This document shows, piece after piece, positions 9,653 through 16,920 of a stretch of DNA of 64,000 bases. Made by a program: the position numbers and the translations under genes. A model generated the notes under the pieces. That model saw only the letters and a program-made list of their open reading frames with translations. It ran no database searches and had not been told where the DNA came from. Positions within the stretch are counted from its first letter, which is position 1; each line of letters starts with the position of its first letter. Location: positions 26,573-90,572 of the forward strand of contig DATCIG010000013.1 in NCBI GenBank assembly GCA_036507895.1. The letters run 5' to 3'. The DNA is from Coriobacteriia bacterium (lineage in GTDB: Bacteria; Actinomycetota; Coriobacteriia; Anaerosomatales; PALSA-660).

Positions 9653-10996
9653 CTACAGCCCCGTGCTGCGGCGCATGAGCGCCGTCACGGCATCGGCTTC
9701 GAAGTACCCGGACAGCGCGCCACAGCACGCGAACACGTAATCACGATCCAGGACGCAGCGTGCATCGTGTGGGGGCATGAGACTGCCTCCACCCTCGTGG
9801 CCCAGGGTCCCGGCGAGCAGGGACTCCCCCTCGGGCAGACGGGTCAGCGCACCGCCGGTACCGATGACGATCCGGCACGCGGTGAGGTCGCGTCCCTGAA
9901 CGACGGTCTGGCGACCGGTGGGCGTGTAGAGGTGCTTCAGCTGCCCCGCATGCCTTTGCATGGCGGTGACGGCAGCGACGCGTGCGAGGAGCACCGCGGC
10001 CTCGATCTCCGAGGCGGTTCGCGGGATCGCCGGCGGCAGCGGATCAGGACGCAGCGCGGGCGCCAACAGCGCCGCGACGTGTTCGGCGCTGATGAACGTC
10101 CCGAGGTCGCCTTCGACCGTCCGCTTGCTGTGGGGTTCGGGATCCGTGCGCATCCCGGCCAGCTCGGGGCTTCCATCGGTGATCGAGTGCACGTCAGTGG
10201 TCGCTCCGCCGACGTCGATGACGATCAGGTCACCGACCGCCTTCGCGAACAGCTCCGCAGCGAGCAGCACCGCGCCCGGTGTGGGCAGGATGTGACCCGT
10301 CACGAACCCGGCGATGCGCTCCATCCCCGGCGCGTGCGTGATGTGCTCCTCGAAGGCGTCGTGGATCACGGCGCGGGCCGGCACTATGTCCAACTCGTCC
10401 ACGCCCGGGTAGACATTCGCGGTGACGCGCACCCGGAACCCGGCGGGCTCGAGGATGTCCCGCGCCTCGTCTGCAGCACGCGAGTTGCCCCCGTAGACGA
10501 CGATGGGGCGGATCTCCAACTCGGTCAGCCGCCGTGCGTTGTAGAGCACGGTGTCGCTGTCCCCGCCCTCGACGCCCCCGGCCAGCAATATGAGGCTCGG
10601 CTGCACAGCTGCGATCCGCTGAAGGTCGTGATCGCGCAGCCTCCCGGAGGTCTGGTACTCCACGACGGCACCTGCGCCCAGTGCGGCCTCTCGGGCGGCG
10701 GTAGCGGTCATTCGTTGCGTCAGGCCGTGCACGGTCATGCGCAGGCCGCCAGCTGCCGAGCTCGTCGCCAGCGTCACATCGGGGGCGAGCGGTCCGAGGC
10801 GCGACTCGAGGTCGGCGCGTGCTGCGCTCACGCCGATCGACACGTCACCGTCTGCCACGGACGTGGGAGCGACGCCTTGGCCGAGGAGCACCGGCGGCGT
10901 GACCGACGAGGAACTCAGCCCGTCGAAGGCTGAGACGGTCGTCGTGGTCGAGCCGACCTCAGCGACGAGCGCGTCGATGCGTCGGGCTTCAGGCAT
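9653..10996 (-). CDS. GlmL/MutL-like protein (ASKHA-fold; putative reactivase/chaperone for the AdoCbl aminomutase)
   Basis: MPEARRIDALVAEVGSTTTTVSAFDGL..., VIDVGGATTDVHS and IGTGGALT are actin-like ATPase motifs typical of glutamate mutase component L. Start trimmed to the internal ATG at 10996; the upstream ORF part is Pro/Arg-rich. Confidence 0.7.
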   Translation of the reverse strand: MPEARRIDALVAEVGSTTTTVSAFDGLSSSSVTPPVLLGQGVAPTSVADGDVSIGVSAARADLESRLGPLAPDVTLATSSAAGGLRMTVHGLTQRMTATAAREAALGAGAVVEYQTSGRLRDHDLQRIAAVQPSLILLAGGVEGGDSDTVLYNARRLTELEIRPIVVYGGNSRAADEARDILEPAGFRVRVTANVYPGVDELDIVPARAVIHDAFEEHITHAPGMERIAGFVTGHILPTPGAVLLAAELFAKAVGDLIVIDVGGATTDVHSITDGSPELAGMRTDPEPHSKRTVEGDLGTFISAEHVAALLAPALRPDPLPPAIPRTASEIEAAVLLARVAAVTAMQRHAGQLKHLYTPTGRQTVVQGRDLTACRIVIGTGGALTRLPEGESLLAGTLGHEGGGSLMPPHDARCVLDRDYVFACCGALSGYFEADAVTALMRRSTGL

Positions 10997-11189
10997 CCCG
11001 GCTAGCCTTTCGGTCGGTGGCGGGCGCCCGCTGGAGGCGCCTCTCGGGGAGAGCGCCAAGTCGGCGCTGTCACATGCGCCGATCGTAGCACCAGCGCGTG
11101 CCGGGGGGTCGCTCCGCGCCGAACCTCGACGGAACGACGTCGGGGCCGGACCGCCAGGCCCGGCCCCGTGGGGCATCGTCGTACCGCTC

Positions 11190-11543
11190 CTACGAGGCGG
11201 GCACTCCGGCAAGCGCCGCCTCGGCCGACTGCAGCCGCTCGATCACAAGCGCACACGCGACCGGCGCCTGCTGGAAGAGCGGCAGCTCCGCGCACCCGGC
11301 CCGGATCGCATCGCCGAGTTCGGCGTCACCGAGGTTCCCGGTCACCCACGCCGCGAGAGCGTCTGCCGAGAACACCGGATCGAGCCCCGTGGTCACCCTC
11401 ACGAACTCGGCGACCGACAGGATCGGCACCGGCTGGAACCCGCCGTGCTTGCCCACGAGGCTCACGTGGAAGCGGTCCTCGTACGGCTGCTCGGCGACGA
11501 AGCGCTCTGCCGCCTCCGGGGTCATCGGCTCGAATCCGGCCAT
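11190..11543 (-). CDS. Hypothetical 117-aa protein translationally coupled to the AOR gene
   Basis: MAGFEPMTPEAAERFVAEQPYEDRFHVSLVGKHGGFQPVPILSVAEFVRV.... The ATG at 11543 overlaps the AOR TGA (TGATG). Balanced, non-Arg-rich composition. No family recognised. Confidence 0.55.
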   Translation of the reverse strand: MAGFEPMTPEAAERFVAEQPYEDRFHVSLVGKHGGFQPVPILSVAEFVRVTTGLDPVFSADALAAWVTGNLGDAELGDAIRAGCAELPLFQQAPVACALVIERLQSAEAALAGVPAS

Positions 11544-13621
11544 CACGCGACCCCCAGCTTCTTGGCTTCTTCGAGGACATCGGCCACGTTCTCCAGGTCC
11601 AGGCCCTTGAGGGTCTCGCGCGTAGGCCATCCGGACTTCGAGTCCCACCCTTCGAGGGCGTAGAAGCGCGTCTTGAACTCCTCGAACCCGGCGCGATCGA
11701 TCGAACGGCCGACGCAGTTGATGTACTCCCACTTGCCGTCGACCTTGCCCGCCATCGGGTAGAGGGGCCCGACAAGGCTCGTCTCGAGCTTCTTGTCGTA
11801 GATGTACGACGCGAACTTGACGATGTCGCGGTGCCTGCCCTGCAGCGCCCAGATCGCGTTGTCCAGGTTGAAGATCCGGCGACCGAGTTCGATCCCCTTG
11901 GCGAACGTGATGTCCTGCCCGGTCACGGCGTTCCAGAACTTCGGCTCGCCGTCCCCGGTGATGCCCACGTTGTCATCGCGGTTGTAGTTGGTGAAGTCCG
12001 GCCAGCGGAAGTCGCAGTACAGCGCGCTCTGCTTCCAGAAGCGCCCGTAGTGGCCCTGCCACACGACCAGCTTGGCGATCGACTCCGAGTAGATGTTCTC
12101 GGTGCTGAAGTCGAGCATCGCGGTGTCACCCGCGTACGGCACCATCTTCGACGAGGCGATCTTGGCGTACTCCTCCGCCGAGACGGGCATCGCCTTCCCT
12201 ACCATCATGTGCTTGATGACGCTCCAGAAGTTGGTGTTGAAGCAGTGAAGGTTCATGTCACGTTCACCCATGATCGATCCATAGCCCCACTCGATCTCGG
12301 CGCGCGGATCGTAGCCGTGGTTGGCGTATCCCCAGTACGGGAAGTCGAGGATGCCCGCGGCGAAGTCCTTCTCGAGACGGCCCCACTTCTCGGCAGCGCG
12401 CACGAAGCCATGAGCAAGGTCCTCGCCGATGCCCTGGCGGTAGGCGATCTTGGTGATCAGGTCCACGGCGAAGTCGGCCTCACCGACACGCGACATGTCG
12501 AGGTCGGTGTCGATCTCCTTGCCGGCCCCGAGCACGCCCATCTTGCCGAGCGCGTAGAGGTAGCCGATGCCCTGCATCAGCTCGTAGGAGTTGACGCCCA
12601 TCTTCTGGACGAGGTCGGTGGCGATGAAGGAGGCCTCCGTGCCCTTGCCGTGCGCGAGCACGTCGAAGGCCTTGTACATCGAGGTCTCCTGGCAGGAGGA
12701 CTCGTTCGCGATTCCGGTATCGAACCTCGCCCGGCACCCGTTGATGCAGCCCTGGCACGCCTGAGGCCCCTTGGCTCCCTTCGGAGGGGTGCCGTACATG
12801 AGCACGGGCGCCGGGTCGACGCCGAAGCTCGGCCCATTGGGATGGGCCGGCTGGCCCGGCTTGGCGGCGTATTCGTCCTTGGCCCACAGGCGTGCGTTGA
12901 ACAGCCCCGCGGGGTCGGCCACCTCGACAGAGCCGGTGCCGACGACGCTGATCGCCTTGAGGTTCTTGGATCCGAAGACCGCGCCGAAGCCGCCTTGGCC
13001 CGCAGCGTTCCCAGCATCGTGCACCAAGCAGCCGAGGGTGGAGAGGTTCTCGCCCGCGGGGCCCGTGGTGATGATCGCGGGCTTCTGCGTCGTACGCCCG
13101 CCATCGCGGCTCTTGCCGACCTCGGTCCACCCGTGGATCTCATCGTCCTTCTGCTTCCAGATGAGCTTCTGGGTCTCCTGGGTGTCCTTGCCCCACAGGC
13201 CAGCAGCGTCGCGGAAGACGACCTTGTCGTTGACGATGTCGATCCAAACGGGCTTGTCGGCCTTGCCCTCGAGGACGATGCCGTCCCAGCCCGCGTACTT
13301 GAGCTGTCCGCCGAAGCGGCCGCCGAAGTTGGAGCGCGTGAACCAGTTGATCGGGTACGACGTGGCGCCGATGCCCTGCACCTCGACACGACCGGATGCG
13401 GAGGGCACCATCGTGCCGCTGAGCGGCGAGGTCATGATCGTCACGACGTTGGCGGGGTCGAGCCCCGATACCGTCTTGTCCTTGCAGAGGTCCCAGAACA
13501 GGGCCGAGCCGATACCGTGGCCGCCTCCCCATTCCGCGTACTTCTCGGTCTCGATGGCCGAAGACGTGCGAGCGGTCAGATCCAACCTGAGGATCTTCCC
13601 GGCGTATCCACCTGTTGCCAT
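11543..13621 (-). CDS. Aldehyde:ferredoxin oxidoreductase (AOR) family tungsto/molybdopterin enzyme, long (about 692 aa) form
   Basis: AOR N-terminal signature MATGGYAGKILRLDLTARTSSAIETEKYAEWGGGHGIGSALFWD, plus GFGAVFGSKNLKAISV and C-terminal AOR domains. ATG at 13621 with GGAAGG 7 nt upstream. No signal peptide. Confidence 0.9.
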   Translation of the reverse strand: MATGGYAGKILRLDLTARTSSAIETEKYAEWGGGHGIGSALFWDLCKDKTVSGLDPANVVTIMTSPLSGTMVPSASGRVEVQGIGATSYPINWFTRSNFGGRFGGQLKYAGWDGIVLEGKADKPVWIDIVNDKVVFRDAAGLWGKDTQETQKLIWKQKDDEIHGWTEVGKSRDGGRTTQKPAIITTGPAGENLSTLGCLVHDAGNAAGQGGFGAVFGSKNLKAISVVGTGSVEVADPAGLFNARLWAKDEYAAKPGQPAHPNGPSFGVDPAPVLMYGTPPKGAKGPQACQGCINGCRARFDTGIANESSCQETSMYKAFDVLAHGKGTEASFIATDLVQKMGVNSYELMQGIGYLYALGKMGVLGAGKEIDTDLDMSRVGEADFAVDLITKIAYRQGIGEDLAHGFVRAAEKWGRLEKDFAAGILDFPYWGYANHGYDPRAEIEWGYGSIMGERDMNLHCFNTNFWSVIKHMMVGKAMPVSAEEYAKIASSKMVPYAGDTAMLDFSTENIYSESIAKLVVWQGHYGRFWKQSALYCDFRWPDFTNYNRDDNVGITGDGEPKFWNAVTGQDITFAKGIELGRRIFNLDNAIWALQGRHRDIVKFASYIYDKKLETSLVGPLYPMAGKVDGKWEYINCVGRSIDRAGFEEFKTRFYALEGWDSKSGWPTRETLKGLDLENVADVLEEAKKLGVA

Positions 13622-13677
13622 GTCACTACCTTCCAAGTCAGCCGCGATCGGTCGTCTCGTGCGCGATCGTGCGGCGA

Positions 13678-14442
13678 TCAGTGTGCGGACGGTGCGGTTG
13701 CGGGTGCGGAGGGAGCGACCTTGCCTTCATCGTCGATGGCAAAGCCGAGCGCCGCCCAACCCGCGTCGCGCAAGTTGACGTCGTAGCCTCGATCGGACTG
13801 CAGCGGGACGTCTTTGGTGAAGCTGATCGCGCCGACCGGGCAGACGGCTACGCACGCCTGCTGACCGCCCGGTCCGCCATCGGCGTCCATGAACGGAGTG
13901 TCGAGGCACAGGTCGCACTTCTGCGCGTGTCTGTCCTCGAAGTTCCAGTCGGCGCGGCTGGCGTCGAAGGGGCACGCGTTCACGCACCGCTGACATCCCA
14001 CGCACTTCGCCACGTCGACCGTACGGACGCCGGTCTTCTTGTCCACGTGCAGCGCGGTCGTCGGGCATGCCTCGACGCATGCGGGTGACGGGCACTGGCG
14101 GCACTGGGAGATGGCCTTGTCGTTCGGGTACTTCGCGAACGGGTCCTGCACCACCTGGATGCGGGAGAGCGACAGGCTCTGGACGCCGTGATGCGTGAGC
14201 GAGCAGGCCATCATGCACGTGTTGCAGCCCTGGCACTTCTTCGAGTCCACCAGCAGATAGCCCCCGGACGCGGGAATGGCGAAGACCTCGTCGGGGAGCA
14301 GGAATCCCTTGAAGAGGGAGCCGCCGAGGACGACGCCCAAGCCCACCCCGCCGAATCCCGTGAGGAACTGCCTGCGAGAGATCGTGCCCGCATGCTCGGC
14401 AGGAACGGCCGTCTCCGCAGGGTCCTTGTCCTTATCAACCAT
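13678..14442 (-). CDS. Tat-signal 4Fe-4S ferredoxin-type subunit (DmsB/NrfC/HybA-like, multi-cluster)
   Basis: Twin-arginine motif (ISRRQFLTGFGGVGLGVVLGG). Cys clusters CQGCNTCMMACS, CRQCPSPACVEACP, CVGCQRCVNACP and CDLC...CVAVCP. The ATG at 14442 overlaps the upstream stop. Confidence 0.9.
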   Translation of the reverse strand: MVDKDKDPAETAVPAEHAGTISRRQFLTGFGGVGLGVVLGGSLFKGFLLPDEVFAIPASGGYLLVDSKKCQGCNTCMMACSLTHHGVQSLSLSRIQVVQDPFAKYPNDKAISQCRQCPSPACVEACPTTALHVDKKTGVRTVDVAKCVGCQRCVNACPFDASRADWNFEDRHAQKCDLCLDTPFMDADGGPGGQQACVAVCPVGAISFTKDVPLQSDRGYDVNLRDAGWAALGFAIDDEGKVAPSAPATAPSAH

Positions 14443-15242
14443 CAGTTGTTCCCTTCAGAATCGTCAGTGCCCGCCGCAGCGTCCGCCCCTGGCTCGATGT
14501 AGCCGAGCTCAGCGAGCCAACCGGCGTGCTCATGCTTCGCGTACTCGAGGTCCACGTAACCCGTGAACATGGAACGCAACACGGGCCAGCTCATGGGCAG
14601 GACGGCCGCGAAGAACACGTGTGCGAGGAAGAATGCGAGCATCGCAACGGTCGCGATGTCATGCACGGGGGTCACGATCGCCATCGCCTGCACGGGGACG
14701 TCGACCGCGTGCGCCGCAACCTTGAGCAGCCCCGTGAGGATGATCAGCACCGTCGAGGCGAGCGCGAGGATGTAGGCCATCTTCTCGCTCTCGAAGTACT
14801 TGCGCTCGGGCGGCATCGTGAACTTCTTGAAGCCGAGCAGGAGCCCGTAGTGCCGCTTGGTGAATCCGATCGCGTCCTTCGTCGGCAGATGCTCCCTGAA
14901 TCGCTTCTTCTCCAGAAGCGTGTTCGCACCGTAGTAGAAGGTGCCGAACAGAAACACGACCGCCGCCGCGAAGTGGACGTCCATCGTGGCCCACACCGGC
15001 TCGCCGCTCCCGACGAGCGCAGGCACGAACCAAAGTCCGAGAAGGATGCCGCTGACCAGCAGCACCGCCGTTCCGATCCCGTGCGCCCAATGCTCGAGGA
15101 TCGCCGCAGCGTCGTGCCTGAGCACGCGGTCGCCCTCTACCACCGGGTCGCGCCGTTTGGTGAGCCCCGCCGCCAGAACGCCTACGAACGGAGCGAGCCA
15201 CACGAGCCACGTGGCCGAGTCGAACAAGAGCTCTCGTTCCAT
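14442..15242 (-). CDS. Integral membrane b-type cytochrome subunit (FdnI/PhsC/Ni-Fe hydrogenase cytochrome b-like)
   Basis: Several TM helices with conserved His positions (AAILEHWAHGIGTAVLLVSG, TMDVHFAAAVVF, AAHAVDVP...PVHDIATVAMLAFFLAHVF). First gene of the module. Confidence 0.75.
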   Translation of the reverse strand: MERELLFDSATWLVWLAPFVGVLAAGLTKRRDPVVEGDRVLRHDAAAILEHWAHGIGTAVLLVSGILLGLWFVPALVGSGEPVWATMDVHFAAAVVFLFGTFYYGANTLLEKKRFREHLPTKDAIGFTKRHYGLLLGFKKFTMPPERKYFESEKMAYILALASTVLIILTGLLKVAAHAVDVPVQAMAIVTPVHDIATVAMLAFFLAHVFFAAVLPMSWPVLRSMFTGYVDLEYAKHEHAGWLAELGYIEPGADAAAGTDDSEGNN

Positions 15243-15504
15243 ACAGATACCCCTTCCCCTCGTACTTGGATGTCCGGTCCGCCCACGAGAGGAGCAATTC
15301 CGATGCCATGCTACCCACTATTCCATTTCGGGTAGCAAGATAACCTCACTGACAATCAGCCGCACCTTAGCAACTCGCTGAAGTGCATCTTTCTTTCCTA
15401 CCCATGATTCTCCCGCAGGGTTTTGGTGATGCGGCGGCCCTGCCAGGCGTGCTAGTCTTCGTCGAAAGGGCGGCCAGTGCCGCTCTCGAGGAGATTGGGT
15501 AGAC

Positions 15505-16782
15505 GTGGCTCCCGATATCGACCCCAACGAGGCGGCAAAGGTGTTCGAGGCGCTCGAGGCAGGGCGTCTCGACCAGCTCTTCACCGAGGCGAACACCGAC
15601 TACTACGGGCGCGAGGGCTTCGAGTCGCTGCGATACGGTGTCGGAGTACCGCGCGAGTCCGTTTGGCGCCTGATCTCCGCGATCCGACGATCGGCCGGTC
15701 TGCTCGTCCTAGAAAGCGCCTGGGGCGACTTCCAGGTCCGCGTCACACCGACCGCGCAGCTCATGCAGGCGCTGTACGAGGTGGACACATGGACGGCGCG
15801 CAGCATGCTCGGACGCACCGAACTCCCCCCCGACGAGGAGTGGATCGTCCAGGATCGGCTGCTCGTCGAGGAGGCGGTGCTCGTGGCCCTCGGCGAGACT
15901 CAAGACACCGAACCCGAGGCCGACGACGTCTCCGCGACCCGCGCCGAGGTCATCGCCGCGCTCTACGACGACGCATCCCCCACAAGCGAGGCCAGCATCA
16001 TCGCCATGCGCTTCTATCGCACGATGCGCGCCCTGCCGGATGCGCGTACCCAGGCCATCACGCCTGCGTACGTCATGGAGATCCACCGCCTGCTGCGCGG
16101 GGACGACCCGAGTGCGGGCATCCTGAGGTCGACCGACACGCCTGTCAGCGGGTCACGTCCGCTCGACCTCGCGACCCCTCCGGCCCGCATCCTCGGAGAG
16201 CTGCAGGCTATGCACGCGTACTCGGAGAGCCGCGACGTCCCCTTCGTCCACCCGCTGATCAAGACCCTCGCGCTGGCGTGGTGGATCCCACGGGTCAGGC
16301 CGTTCGACGAATACAACCACGTGGTCGCCCGACTCATCTCGATGGCGTACGCGTTGCGGCACGGCTACCGGGTGACCAGCATCATCGACTGGGCCCGGGC
16401 GCTGCGCGAGATCGCCGACGACGATGCGGACCTGACGGCACGCGTGATCCACCAGCTCGAGGTCATCTCGCGTTCCAACGAAATCGTTGAGGAAGAGCTG
16501 CGCCGACGCGTCACCAGGTACCGCGAGGTCATGGCACGCTTCGCCGCTCTCGACATCAACCACCGCCAGGCACTGATCCTGGACCGTGCTCTGCGCGCTC
16601 CGGAGACCGACTTCACCATCAAGCACCACGCACGCACCCGGATGCTCGGCTACGAGACCGCGCGGCAGGACTTCACGAAGCTCGTCGCGGCGGGATATCT
16701 GGAACATCGGCGGCGCGGGAAGGCGTTCGTCTTCCGCCTCGCTCCGGACGCGGAGAGGACGCTCTCGAAGCGGCTCGGCTGA
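15505..16782 (+). CDS. Fic-domain-like protein with a degenerate active-site motif and a C-terminal winged-helix domain
   Basis: The Fic core helix context VHPLIKTLALAWWIPRVRPFDEYNHVVARLISMAY aligns to hP..kA...H..f..IHPF.DGNGR..R. The C-terminus NHRQALILDRAL...GYETARQDFTKLVAAGYLEHRRRGKAFVFRL is wHTH-like. GTG start at 15505. Confidence 0.65.
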   Translation: MAPDIDPNEAAKVFEALEAGRLDQLFTEANTDYYGREGFESLRYGVGVPRESVWRLISAIRRSAGLLVLESAWGDFQVRVTPTAQLMQALYEVDTWTARSMLGRTELPPDEEWIVQDRLLVEEAVLVALGETQDTEPEADDVSATRAEVIAALYDDASPTSEASIIAMRFYRTMRALPDARTQAITPAYVMEIHRLLRGDDPSAGILRSTDTPVSGSRPLDLATPPARILGELQAMHAYSESRDVPFVHPLIKTLALAWWIPRVRPFDEYNHVVARLISMAYALRHGYRVTSIIDWARALREIADDDADLTARVIHQLEVISRSNEIVEEELRRRVTRYREVMARFAALDINHRQALILDRALRAPETDFTIKHHARTRMLGYETARQDFTKLVAAGYLEHRRRGKAFVFRLAPDAERTLSKRLG

Positions 16783-16801
16783 CGCGCAAGATGCACCACT
16801 C

Positions 16802-16823
16802 CCGGCGTGCGACACCACGCCGG
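16802..16823. terminator. Short GC hairpin in the convergent gap between the fic-like gene and oraE
   Basis: CCGGCGTG-cgacac-CACGCCGG, an 8-bp perfect stem. Confidence 0.4.
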
Positions 16824-16851
16824 CGTTCCTCACAGCGACAAGCTCGACCAC

Positions 16852-16898
16852 AAACGCCCGATGGCCATTCCCGCTCCGGGAATGGCCATCGGGCGTTT
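16852..16898. terminator. Long perfect hairpin (20-bp stem) in the convergent gap; probable bidirectional terminator
   Basis: AAACGCCCGATGGCCATTCC-cgctccg-GGAATGGCCATCGGGCGTTT. Flanked by AAA/TTT, so it presents a U-tract in both orientations. Confidence 0.65.
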
Positions 16899-16920
16899 GC
16901 CTGACCGGTGAGCTGCGCCC

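Noticed and set aside
15243-15300. Calling the cytochrome b/AOR leader a Moco (molybdenum/tungsten cofactor) riboswitch
   Set aside because: I could not find the conserved Moco-motif nucleotides by eye; only generic hairpins are visible. It is kept as a hypothesis to test with cmscan rather than as a feature.
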